From assembly GCA_963792415.1 (NCBI GenBank), contig CAWBVY010000001.1, positions 128,001 through 192,000 on the forward strand: 64,000 nt of DNA, in the 5' to 3' direction. The translations under genes and the position numbers were made by a program. Below, piece by piece: positions 1 through 9,304 of the stretch. This DNA is from Candidatus Deferrimicrobiaceae bacterium. GTDB taxonomy: Bacteria; Desulfobacterota; Deferrimicrobia; Deferrimicrobiales; Deferrimicrobiaceae. Position 1 is the stretch's first letter. Every line of letters begins with the position of its first letter. The notes below the pieces were generated by a model. The model was not told where the DNA came from and did not search any database. It saw only the letters and a list, made by a program, of their open reading frames with translations.

Positions 1-97
1 TGGATACCAGCACGATGATCAACGCGTACTCGACCAGGCCCTGCCCTTCCTCGTCCTGCATCTTGTTCTGCATCTGCACGAAGAATTTCGTCAACAT
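1..97 (-). CDS. flp: Flp/Fap family type IVc (Tad) pilin, 5' part; runs off the window edge
   Basis: Manual translation MLTKFFVQMQNKMQDEEGQGLVEYALIIVLVS has the Flp prepilin G|xxxxEY motif followed by a hydrophobic stretch; GAGGAGG RBS just upstream. Not in the ORF track. Confidence 0.9.
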   Translation of the reverse strand, partial: MLTKFFVQMQNKMQDEEGQGLVEYALIIVLVS

Positions 98-315
98 TTC
101 TTCCCTCCTCCTTTTTGCCGGTTACCGGTGGTTTCGCCCCGGCTTCGACCCGTCAAGGGTCTCTTCGGTTGGTTGCCTGGAAAACTTTACCACCAACATC
201 CCAACACACTGTTTACCCACCCACCAACAGTGAAGTTTCCTTCCCCGAAGTAGCACCTCCTTTCCTATCGATCTACAACGCCCACGATAGGCAATCACGA
301 ATCGATGTTGGATAA

Positions 316-332
316 AGCAACTGTCATGCCAA
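316..332 (-). promoter_or_regulatory. Sigma-54 (-24/-12) promoter for flp
   Basis: Minus strand TTGGCATGACAGTTGCT fits TGGCAC-N5-TTGCW spacing (1 mismatch); AT-rich tract upstream (340-560). Confidence 0.8.
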
Positions 333-696
333 ATTCGCACCCACCCTCTTCCCGAAAGTGTACCTTTACCACACTAATATCATTGGGATTTCTCCATTAA
401 CTTCCTATTTTCTGTCGGTTTACACAATAAAACGGGAAAATAAATACACACATTTCCCTCAAACCGAAATTCGGTGACGAATTTTTTTCCCTATGCCATT
501 TTGTCATCAATTACCTGGCTGAAACAAATAAAAGTTTTATTTCGGTTTTGTAATAAAGTGAGTGCCCTGTCGACTCGAGGGTACGCCGGCGACATTGCGG
601 GGAACGTGCCCGAGCAGGATTCGTTGATGGTCGCAGCTTACCGCAGGAAGGTCATAAAAACCGGGAGAGCGGATCGATCGGCCGAGCGGGAGCCGG

Positions 697-760
697 TCTC
701 AGACGGTCACTTTCCCCTGGTGGGTGCCGAAGACGGAGCGCATCACGTCGGAGATCTCGC
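697..760. repeat. Direct repeat copy 1: duplicated 3' end of the mutase gene (att-like island boundary)
   Basis: 64 bp identical to 10731-10794; extends to 692-767 vs 10726-10801 with 2 mismatches. Confidence 0.95.
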
Positions 761-2254
761 TGAGCGTGAACATCCCGGGACGATCCGAAGGTGAGGTCGA
801 TGATCGATGCGTACCGGCGGGAGAGCCCCTAAGCGCGTCTCCTCCGCCTCCCGCGGATCCATCCCTGTCCCGTACACGGCCAGGATCGAAATGCCTGCGA
901 GACAGAAGAGATACATCAGGCTCGCCGGACGGGCCATGACCCGGAGGACGGCGGTCAGAAGATCGGGGAAAAACTTCTGATCGATTTCCAGCAGGGCCGC
1001 CGTTGCGACCACGCGATCGCGAAGACCCCACCCGCCCGCCATGACGACCAGGCCGTCGACAGCGCGAGGATCCCGGATTTTTCCCAGAACCGTGGCGGCG
1101 GCGCGACGCACCTGCCCATCGCGGTTCCGCAGAGACCGGATCAGGGCATCGAGGCTGCGCGGATCCTTCCTCACGGCAAGGTCGTTCCCGGCCCCCCGGG
1201 ACCCCGCAAGAGTGTCATGAATCAATCTCCCCAGCGGCTCTCCCAGTTCCTCGAGAACCTTCGCCGCGGCCTCGCGAACCTTCGGGTCCGCATCTCCCAG
1301 GCTTGTCAGGAGAGGGTCCACGGCCCGGCGCTCCCCGAACTTTCCCAGGGTCCACGCCGCGGCCTCGCGGACCTTAGGATCCGGGTCCCTCAGAGTTTTC
1401 AGGAGAGGGTCCACGGCCCGGCGGTCGATGAACTTTCCCAAGGACCACACCGCGGCCTCGCGGACCTTTGCGTGGGTGTCTCCCAGGGCATCGATCAGGG
1501 GTGCGACAGCCCGCGGATCCGCCAATCCCCCCAACGAATACGCCGCCGCCTCGCGCACGTCCTGATACCTGTCGCCCAGCGCGGTGACGAGGGGATCCAC
1601 GGCCCGGCGGTCCCCGAACTTCCCCAGGACCCATCCCGCGGCCAGGCGAACATTCGGACGCCCGTCCCCCAGAGACTTGACGAGGGGGCCGATCGCCCGG
1701 GGATCTGCGATCTCCCCCAGGGCCCAAGCCGCGGCTTCCTGCACACTGTCCGACGTGTCCTCCAGAGCTCTGACCAGGGGTTCGACGGCGCGAGGATCCT
1801 TGAGCTTGCCCAGCGTTTTCACGGCGGCTGCGCGGACGTTGGGATCCCAGGTACCCAGGACGTTGAGGAGGGGCACGACCGCCCGGGGGTCCTTACCGGC
1901 CGCAAGCGTATCCCGGGCCTTTTCGGAGCCCTTCAGGCACTGGACGATCACCCCCCCCAGCGGCTCTCCCAGATTCTCCAAAGCCTTGGCCGCAGCCTCC
2001 CGCACGCCGGAATATTCGTCGCCCAGCGCGATGACGAGAGGATCCACGGCTTGCGAGTCCCCGATTCTCCCGAGGGACTGGGCCGCGGCTTTGCGCACCG
2101 TGGGATCCTTGTCTTCCAAAGCGTTGAGGAGGTGTATCGTATCCCTCCCGGTTTCCAGGCTCCGGACATCCTTCGGGTCGACGCAAGGGGCCTCCATTGC
2201 AACGAGCGACAGAAGGCAAGCGGCAAGCGCCGTGATCTGCAGGACTCGACTCAT
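743..2254 (-). CDS. Exported PBS-lyase/HEAT-repeat protein with C-terminal hydrophobic segment
   Basis: About 12 copies of ~31-aa VREAAAWxLGxxGDxRAVDPLxxALxD; signal-peptide-like N-terminus; ATGA overlap with upstream GT4. Confidence 0.85.
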   Translation of the reverse strand: MSRVLQITALAACLLSLVAMEAPCVDPKDVRSLETGRDTIHLLNALEDKDPTVRKAAAQSLGRIGDSQAVDPLVIALGDEYSGVREAAAKALENLGEPLGGVIVQCLKGSEKARDTLAAGKDPRAVVPLLNVLGTWDPNVRAAAVKTLGKLKDPRAVEPLVRALEDTSDSVQEAAAWALGEIADPRAIGPLVKSLGDGRPNVRLAAGWVLGKFGDRRAVDPLVTALGDRYQDVREAAAYSLGGLADPRAVAPLIDALGDTHAKVREAAVWSLGKFIDRRAVDPLLKTLRDPDPKVREAAAWTLGKFGERRAVDPLLTSLGDADPKVREAAAKVLEELGEPLGRLIHDTLAGSRGAGNDLAVRKDPRSLDALIRSLRNRDGQVRRAAATVLGKIRDPRAVDGLVVMAGGWGLRDRVVATAALLEIDQKFFPDLLTAVLRVMARPASLMYLFCLAGISILAVYGTGMDPREAEETRLGALPPVRIDHRPHLRIVPGCSRSARSPT

Positions 2255-3306
2255 AACTTGCGCATAAGGACCCGCGTGTATATCTCCCGCATCCGTTCGG
2301 CAACCACCCGGAAATCTAGCAACAACGCTTTGGATCGGCTGGTGTTTGCCATCTTTTCCCTTGTGCCCGCATCGTCCAGGAGGCTAAGGATCCCGTCCGC
2401 GAGTGCCCTCGGATCTTTCCTCGGGCAAAGAATCCCCGCGTCCTCCCCGACATACTCCCGGATGCCTCCCACATCGGTCGCGACGATCGGCAAACCCGAC
2501 GCCATCGATTCGAGCAAGGCGTTATTTGCGGTCGCGTCTTCGAAAGAGAACACGGCGATTTTCGCCGTCTGAAGCGCCCGCAGCATTTCCTCGTCGCTGA
2601 CCCGGTCGAGAAACCGGATGCGCGGATCCTCCAGTTGCGGGAAATACGATTTCTTGTCGCTGCGCGTGCCGATCGCAAGGAAGCGCACCGCCGGATTCTC
2701 CTTCCAGACGAGACGGATCGCCTCCCGATGCGTTTCGAAATCCCGCAAATGCGAACCAATGGTAACGCAGACCGGCTGGTCGTCCCGCTGTCCGGGAGGG
2801 TGGAAGAATCCGGTGTCCACCCCGTGCCGGACCACGAAAATCCGGTCGGGAGGGAGGAATTCCTCGAAGTAGACCCGCTGCGCATCGCATACGAGGATGG
2901 CAGCGTCAAGGTGCTTCGCGATCCGCTCGATGGATCCCAATTCCCTCAAATGGTCCGCGGGTTGATGAAAGGAGGCCACCAGCCGGTTCCCGGTGGGCCG
3001 GTTGGCCCGTCGAAGCAGCCAGAGATCCGAGTCGCCATAGAGCACGTGGTACACGCAGTCTCTGTTGCGGATCATGTGTCTCAGGGAGGACCATTCCGTC
3101 AGGTGCGCTCCCAGGGAATACCAGGGATGCCGGACCATCCTGCAGATGGCCTGGTTCAGCGGCCACCCCCATTTCCCCTGGGTCCAACGGAAATTTACGG
3201 GCGGTGCCAGCGCGGTTCCGATGTACCGGCCGAACGCCTCGTAACCGGAATGGCGGGCATGGTGAGGATACCGCAGCCCGACCAGGAATACCCGGTCACG
3301 CATCAT
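2251..3306 (-). CDS. Glycosyltransferase family 4 (GT-B)
   Basis: NNALLESMASGLPIVATDVGGIRE motif and HGVDTGFF; start at MMRDRV overlapping the upstream stop. Confidence 0.9.
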   Translation of the reverse strand: MMRDRVFLVGLRYPHHARHSGYEAFGRYIGTALAPPVNFRWTQGKWGWPLNQAICRMVRHPWYSLGAHLTEWSSLRHMIRNRDCVYHVLYGDSDLWLLRRANRPTGNRLVASFHQPADHLRELGSIERIAKHLDAAILVCDAQRVYFEEFLPPDRIFVVRHGVDTGFFHPPGQRDDQPVCVTIGSHLRDFETHREAIRLVWKENPAVRFLAIGTRSDKKSYFPQLEDPRIRFLDRVSDEEMLRALQTAKIAVFSFEDATANNALLESMASGLPIVATDVGGIREYVGEDAGILCPRKDPRALADGILSLLDDAGTREKMANTSRSKALLLDFRVVAERMREIYTRVLMRKL

Positions 3307-4544
3307 GGGGAACTTTCCTGGGCGTCCGAAAATCGCTTCCGGATCCGCTCGGCGCGTTTCACGGATCGGGGGTAGGCTCCGGAAAGCCCGATGATCCCAC
3401 CCCATAGTTCCGCCAGGAGAAGGCCCGGGGGCAGGACATGTTTCCCCCGCAGGCTCTCCGACAGCCCGTGCAGCTTGTAACCGAACCACCAGAGGAGGAG
3501 ACGGCGGAGCTTGGGGCGCTGGGTGACGTCGCTGCCGTAGGTTTTCACGACAAAGGCCATCAGTCCCTGCCCCCAGCTGCGGCAGTATTGACGGCGCAGT
3601 TGGTCGTATCCCCGGCGATGCCGGTGAAAGACCATGAACCGGGGCTCGTAGATCAGCGGGTAGCCCGCCCGGATGATCCGATACAGCATGTCCGAGTCGC
3701 CACCGCCTGGCAGGGGAGGCCCCGTATCCAGGGCTTCGTCGAATCCCCCGAGATCGAGCGCCACCTTTCTCAGGAACGCCATGTTGCACCCGGTGCCCAG
3801 TTTCCCCCCGACGCAAGGGTAAAAAGGGTTGCCGGGCAATGTCTGGCCGTACCGGATGGTTTCGAAGCTTTTCTCGAAACCTCCTGCTCTCTCGAAAAGG
3901 ATCTGGGCTTCTGTCTCGAGTTCGGAAGGCAGGACGAGGCCGGTAAACGCCGCCGCATCCGGGTAGCGGGCGATGGCTCTCCTCAGCGCGCTCAGCCAGT
4001 ACCTGTCGACGGTCACATCGTCATCGATAAAGGCGATCATCTCCCCCATCGCCTCTTTCAGCGCAAGGTTTCGCGCGAAGTTCAGGCCCGGTTTCGGCTC
4101 CATGACGTACTTTACCGGTGGAAGGGAGGTGGCCAGTTCCCGTGTCCGACCGTCGGAGGGCGCGTTGTCGACCACCAGGATCTCGAAATCCTTTCCATCC
4201 TCCCCGGCACGCAACGCCATCAGGCACTCCAGACAGCGGGCAAGGTCCAGGGGGTTATCCTTGGAGCAGATGGCCACGGTGAGGGATGGAGACCGCTCCG
4301 GCGGAGCCGCATAACCGTTCTCTTCGGAGAGGTTTCCCTCGAGGAGATGGGGCTTTACTTCCCGCAGGATCACCTGTTCCAGGTCCCCTGGGGTAAGCAC
4401 GCTTTTTCCGGGAAGGGCCTGCATCGAAAAAGCGATCGGCCGGTCTTTCCGGCGCAGCAGGATCGCAACGCCCGTATCCCCCTCGGGGATGGCCACGGGC
4501 GGAAGAGGTTCCGTGACGTCGATTTCCAGGATCCGGTAGGGCAT
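3303..4544 (-). CDS. Glycosyltransferase family 2 with N-terminal extension
   Basis: EILVVDNAP, GLNFARN, AFIDDD and GGFDEAL motifs. Confidence 0.9.
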   Translation of the reverse strand: MPYRILEIDVTEPLPPVAIPEGDTGVAILLRRKDRPIAFSMQALPGKSVLTPGDLEQVILREVKPHLLEGNLSEENGYAAPPERSPSLTVAICSKDNPLDLARCLECLMALRAGEDGKDFEILVVDNAPSDGRTRELATSLPPVKYVMEPKPGLNFARNLALKEAMGEMIAFIDDDVTVDRYWLSALRRAIARYPDAAAFTGLVLPSELETEAQILFERAGGFEKSFETIRYGQTLPGNPFYPCVGGKLGTGCNMAFLRKVALDLGGFDEALDTGPPLPGGGDSDMLYRIIRAGYPLIYEPRFMVFHRHRRGYDQLRRQYCRSWGQGLMAFVVKTYGSDVTQRPKLRRLLLWWFGYKLHGLSESLRGKHVLPPGLLLAELWGGIIGLSGAYPRSVKRAERIRKRFSDAQESSP

Positions 4545-4569
4545 GCCTCACCCCTGCGAACTATCCCAT

Positions 4570-5769
4570 CTATCTTTTCGCCGCATCTCGCCTGAATGCG
4601 CCTGCGATGACCGCCGGCAGGGCTTTCACCACTTCCATGAAAGACATGTTCCTCGGGTCCGCTTTCACCCTATATCTCTCCGCTTCGGCAAAATAATGGT
4701 CAGCTTTCGCCCTGTGGGTCTCCGTCTCCAATTTCCACTTCTCCGCCTCGGCGATATAGTGCTCGGCCTTCTCCCGGTGCATCGCCGCTTCCTCGCGGTA
4801 CCTGTCCGCTTCGACGATGAAATGTTCCGCTTTCGCCTGGTGGGCCTCCGTCTCCAATTTGCACTTCTCCGTCTCGGCGATGTAGTGCTCGGCCTTTTCC
4901 CGCTGCATCGCCGCCTCCTCACGATATCTTTCCGCTTCGGCGATGAAATGTTCCGCTTTGGCCCGATGGACCTCCATCTCCGCCTTGTACCTCTCAGCTT
5001 CGGAAACGCAATGTTCCGCGGTTTTCCTGTGCCGGTCCGCTTCCTCCCGGTTTTTTTCGGCTTCGGCCGAGAATATTTCATATTTCCGGAAAGCTTCCGA
5101 TTGCTTCCCTGCCATTTCCATGAACATCCGGGGGTGGACGATGGAAAGCTGGGCATCCCGGATGTCTTTCCGCTCCGCCTGCAGTCCAGGGCGTTCTTCC
5201 AGGTACTCTCGTTTCACGAACAGCAGGATGTTCTGGCTGTACCAAGATTCGACGTCGGCGTTTTGCCAGACGTGCTTTCGGATCGGATCGAGCGCGACGA
5301 ACCCTTTCCTGCCGAAGAGCTCCACCCAGTAGTCCGGCCACTGCTCGTTCACGTGGTCGGTCCCCCCCTGGAAGGGAACCGCGGCCGAGAAGAGAACCGC
5401 CGGTCCAAGGTGCGTCAACGAATCCACGAAGGTCTCCGCGCATTCGGGAGGAAGATGCTCCGCGACTTCCAGCGATACCACCAGGTGGAATTCCCGGTCC
5501 ACCGAAAGCGGGAATCTCAGATCGTGCGGGAGAAATTCCTTCTCCGGGATCTCCAGGATCTCCCCGGTCACGTACTCCCTGTCGATCCCGAGGATCTCCC
5601 GGGCACCGTATTCCCGGAACACCGACAGCCAGGTCCCGGCCCCGCAGCCGACGTCGACCACCGATCGGGGATGGATCCATCGCATGACCAGGGGAACAAT
5701 CGCCTCCGCGGATCTCCGGGCGCCCTCCCGGTGGGCCAGGTAGTACTCCTTCGTGTACGGGATCGTCAT
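4570..5769 (-). CDS. Class I SAM-dependent methyltransferase with C-terminal 21-aa-repeat coiled coil (WbdD-like terminator candidate)
   Basis: SVVDVGCGAG, SLEVAEHL and GGTDHVNEQW motifs; KAEHxIAEAExY repeats; own ATG at 5769 with GAGGGG upstream. Confidence 0.85.
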   Translation of the reverse strand: MTIPYTKEYYLAHREGARRSAEAIVPLVMRWIHPRSVVDVGCGAGTWLSVFREYGAREILGIDREYVTGEILEIPEKEFLPHDLRFPLSVDREFHLVVSLEVAEHLPPECAETFVDSLTHLGPAVLFSAAVPFQGGTDHVNEQWPDYWVELFGRKGFVALDPIRKHVWQNADVESWYSQNILLFVKREYLEERPGLQAERKDIRDAQLSIVHPRMFMEMAGKQSEAFRKYEIFSAEAEKNREEADRHRKTAEHCVSEAERYKAEMEVHRAKAEHFIAEAERYREEAAMQREKAEHYIAETEKCKLETEAHQAKAEHFIVEADRYREEAAMHREKAEHYIAEAEKWKLETETHRAKADHYFAEAERYRVKADPRNMSFMEVVKALPAVIAGAFRRDAAKR

Positions 5770-5779
5770 CGGGGTCCCC

Positions 5780-6540
5780 TCACCGGGTGCCTGCCCGGTA
5801 GGCGTCCAGCACCTTGCCGACCTCGCCTTCCATGCGGGTCTCCCCTCCATCCAGCCACACCGCGCGGGAGCAGAGCTCGCGGACGATGTCCGCATTGTGG
5901 GAGACGACCACCATCGTACACCCCCTTGACCGGTACGCACGGAGGCGATCGAGACACTTCTCCTGGAACGACTGGTCGCCGACCGCCAGCACCTCGTCCA
6001 GCAGAAGGATGTCCGGCTCAACGTTGACGGCCACCGAGAAGGCCAGCCGGGCCACCATCCCGGAGGAGTAATACTTGACGGGCATGTCGATGAACTCTCC
6101 GATCCCGCGAACTCCACGATCTCCCGGTATCGCTGCGCAAGCTGCGACCGACTCAGGCCCATGATCGCGCCGTAGAGATCCAGGTTTTCGGCGCCTGTGA
6201 GGTCCGTGTTGAAGCCCGCTCCCAGCTCGATGACCGCCGCGATGCGCCCGGAGGTCTCCACGGTCCCCGAGGTCGGCGTATAGATCCCGGCAATCAGCCG
6301 AAGCGCCGTGCTCTTCCCGCCTCCGTTCGGTCCGATCAGCGCCACCGCCTCCCCGCGGCCCACACGGAGATTGAAGCCCCGGAGGGAGAACTCGGCGCGG
6401 CGAACCGTGATCGGCCGTCGCAACGCGGTCCGGATGAACCACTCCCGGAGAGACGTCGTCCGGTGGGAGTACAGGTAGAAATTTTTCAAGACGTCCCGGC
6501 AAAGCACCGCCGGGTCGCTGCGAAGATCAGGCGATCTCAA
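5780..6540 (-). CDS. wzt: Polysaccharide ABC exporter ATP-binding subunit; 1-nt frameshift near 6105
   Basis: Walker A GPNGGGKS in one frame; YSSGMVARLAF and LLLDEVLAVGD in another. Adding one G at GCGGG(G)ATCGGA joins them. Confidence 0.85.
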
Positions 6541-7312
6541 CGCAGGATTCCTTGCAGCGCTTGAAAATGCCGTGCCCGACCGCGCAGGTGACGATCGCCG
6601 TCACGGAAACCCCCGCCAGGAGCGTCGCCGAGGGCCAGCCGCCCTCGTAGAGCACCACGTGGAAGAGCCGCAACAGACCCACGACGGGATTCAGGTAATA
6701 GAAGGGCTGCGCTTCCACGGGGATCATCTCCACGGGATAGAACACGGGGGAAATGTAGAAAAGCGACGTGATCACGATCGGCAGCGCGTGTTGGACGTCG
6801 TAGTAAAGGACCGCGATCGCCGCGAGGGGGAACATCAGCCCGACCGCCAGGATCACCTGGAGCGCGACGATCAGGGGGAGGAGCGCGAGACTCGACGGAA
6901 TGGCGTGATGATGAAACACGACGAGGGCGATCATGACGATCACGATTTCCAGCAGAAACTCCACCAGCTTCGAGAGGGAGGCGCTCAGGATCAGGATTTC
7001 CGGGGGGTAGTAGACGCTGCGGCTCAGGGAAGCATGGTCCCGGAGGATCGTGGTGGAATGGTACAGGGTCCGCTGGATGAAATTCCAGACGAAGAACCCG
7101 CTGATCAGGAAAGCCCAGTAATGGACGATCTGGATCCGGATGACGTAGGTGAAGACGGTGACCAGGACCGCCACGGTAAACAGGGGATTCAGCAGGGTCC
7201 AGATCAGCCCCAGCAGCGATCGCTGGTACTTGACCCTGAGATCCCGGATGACGAGGCTTCGCAGCAACCCCCGGAACCGCCAGAGTTCCACCGGCATCGG
7301 GGCACGTTTCAT
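6527..7312 (-). CDS. wzm: Polysaccharide ABC exporter permease
   Basis: RDLRVKYQRSLLGLIWTLLNPL, FYISPVFYP and LNPV motifs; multiple TM segments. Confidence 0.92.
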   Translation of the reverse strand: MKRAPMPVELWRFRGLLRSLVIRDLRVKYQRSLLGLIWTLLNPLFTVAVLVTVFTYVIRIQIVHYWAFLISGFFVWNFIQRTLYHSTTILRDHASLSRSVYYPPEILILSASLSKLVEFLLEIVIVMIALVVFHHHAIPSSLALLPLIVALQVILAVGLMFPLAAIAVLYYDVQHALPIVITSLFYISPVFYPVEMIPVEAQPFYYLNPVVGLLRLFHVVLYEGGWPSATLLAGVSVTAIVTCAVGHGIFKRCKESCVEIA

Positions 7313-8309
7313 TTGCCCGCCACCTCCGCACACCGGTTGTACCCCGCATTCCGTCGCCGCTCCGCCAGCCGGCGCGCGGCGGCGTACGATCCCAGGCCCC
7401 GCCAGCAGTTCCCCCACATCCGGACGAGAGCCCATGCCGGAAGCGGGTCCCGTCCGCGAGCCGCGCAAGGAGCCGCACTCCGGGCTTCATCAATCGCCAG
7501 GCGAGGAAGCCGAGCACTCCGATCCGGCCCGTGCGGCAGGGGGAGGTGGCCGCCTTCGCGAGCATGGCGATCAGGGACCGGTGATGGTCGAGGATCTGGT
7601 TCACGGAAGCCGCGACTTCCCTCCGGTGCTCGTGCCGCGCCTGCACCGAGGGATCGTACACGATTTCGTATCCGGCATCGAGAACCCGCCAGAGGATGTC
7701 CAGGTCTCCCCCGCCCGGGAGGGGGTGCCCCAGGTCCAGGGCCTCGTCGAAGCCGCCCAGGTCGAGAATCATCCGCCGCCGGACCGCGAGGCAGCATCCG
7801 CTGCCGACGCCGATCGACCCGGCGATCAGCGGGACCGGCATCCCGTGGAGGCGCCGCTTCCGGTCCGCCGGAAGGTGGATCCGCTCCTCTCCTCTCGCGA
7901 AGCCCCCATTGGCCTCGAACAGCCGCTGCCCTTCCGTTTCCAGCGACAGGGCTTCCACCTTCCCGGTACAGATGGCGATGCGTTCGCTCTCGCGGAAGAC
8001 GTCCCGGATCGCCGCCGCCATTCCGGGTCCCGCCACGACGTCGTCATCGATGAACGCGACGATCTCCATCGAGGTTTCCCGCAGCGCCCGGTTCCGGGCG
8101 AAGTCGAGACCCGGAACGGGTTCCTTCACGTACCGGACAGCAGGGAACTCGTCCCGGACCAGGGTTCTGGTGGCGGGGCCGCCAGGCGCATTGTCCACCA
8201 CCAGGATTTCCTCCGGCTCCCGCGTCTGTCCCGTCAGGGAGCGAAGGGCACGCCGGAGCTGGTCCGTCCGGTCGCGGCTGCAGATCGCTACGCAGACACC
8301 GTGTTCCAC
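7309..8309 (-). CDS. Glycosyltransferase family 2; 1-nt frameshift near 7455
   Basis: VAICSRDR, EILVVDNAP, AFIDDD motifs; the C-terminus (GRDPLPAWALVRMWG...) resembling the 3303-4544 paralogue continues in another frame. Confidence 0.8.
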
Positions 8310-8311
8310 GG

Positions 8312-9304
8312 CTACACCCAGCGCGGCCGGGGCCGCCGCCCCGTTCCCGCGTCGTCGCGGCGGCGAATCCACTGGATTCCCCCCGCCGCCATCCCGAAGG
8401 CGTAGGCAAACCGGGAGGCGAGCACCGCGGGGAGCATCAGGAACGGTTCGTATCGCCCTGCACGTCCCCAGCAGCCGAGAATGTAGGCGGTGTGGGCCAG
8501 CGCCAGCAGCGGGCTTGTGAAAATGAGAAGGCGTGGATGGCGGTACAACCAGGCCATCCGGGCCGCGCCGGTGCGGGACTTGCTTTCGATCGCCGTGTAG
8601 CCCCAGCGGTAATTCCTGCGCAGCAGGTTCCCGAAGCCGGGCCGGTTGTGGTGGAAGGCGACCGCCCGGGGCTCGAAGAAGATGCGGTGTCCCGACCGTT
8701 GAAGTTCCCCCAGCCAGGCCCGCTCCTCGTTCGTATACTCCATCGGCGGCCGATCGGTAAACCCCGACGTACCGCGGAAGGCGTCGCGGTCCACGCTGAG
8801 GTTGGGAGGTGGGTGGTGGGGCACCACGCCCGCAGGCCTTCCGGGGTGGACAAGGTACCAGCCGCAATAGTAATCGCATCGCGCCATCGCAGGGAGCCCC
8901 GGGGGAAGATCCAGCGAGCCGCCGACAATCGTTTCCCCACCGGCGTGTGCCGCCAGGATCGAATCCAGCCAGCCCTCCCCCGGGACGCAATCGGCATCGA
9001 GAAAGATCAGGGGATTGCCGGTCGCGGCGGTGGCGCCGAGGTTCCGCGCCGCCGCGGGGTTTCCGCCGCGCCCGTCCCTCCCCGTCTCCACAACGCGCGC
9101 ACCGGCCCGGCGCGCCTCTTCCGCCGTGCGATCGGTCGATCCGTCGTCGACAACGATCACCTCCAGCGTCGAACCGTCAGGGCATTGGCCGAGCACCGAC
9201 CGCACCACCCCGGAAATCAGGTTCTCCTCGTTGCGGGCGGGGATCACAACGGAGACGACGGGAAAGGAAGGAGCGTCACCCGAGACGTTCCGGCCTGTTT
9301 TCAT
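8312..9304 (-). CDS. Glycosyltransferase family 2
   Basis: VSVVIPARNEE, VIVVDDGSTDRT, AARNLG, IFLDADC. Confidence 0.9.
   Translation of the reverse strand: MKTGRNVSGDAPSFPVVSVVIPARNEENLISGVVRSVLGQCPDGSTLEVIVVDDGSTDRTAEEARRAGARVVETGRDGRGGNPAAARNLGATAATGNPLIFLDADCVPGEGWLDSILAAHAGGETIVGGSLDLPPGLPAMARCDYYCGWYLVHPGRPAGVVPHHPPPNLSVDRDAFRGTSGFTDRPPMEYTNEERAWLGELQRSGHRIFFEPRAVAFHHNRPGFGNLLRRNYRWGYTAIESKSRTGAARMAWLYRHPRLLIFTSPLLALAHTAYILGCWGRAGRYEPFLMLPAVLASRFAYAFGMAAGGIQWIRRRDDAGTGRRPRPRWV

Noticed and set aside
98-305. c-di-GMP-I / c-GAMP riboswitch upstream of the pilin
   Set aside because: Could not find the GGCAAAC..GAAA..GACGCAAA core with tetraloop receptor; kept only as an unclassified structured leader.
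699-1031. 110-aa ORF ending in the mutase C-terminal sequence
   Set aside because: Only the last ~22 aa are meaningful and come from the duplicated repeat; the rest is an alternate frame of the HEAT gene.
1250-5070. CRISPR-like periodic repeats (93-bp and 63-bp periods)
   Set aside because: They are in-frame protein repeats (HEAT, coiled coil) without unique spacers; no cas genes in the window.
4570-6540. Apparent ABC ATPase-methyltransferase fusion (656 aa)
   Set aside because: Created by the wzt frameshift; the linking stretch is off-frame wzt and the MTase has its own RBS and ATG at 5769.
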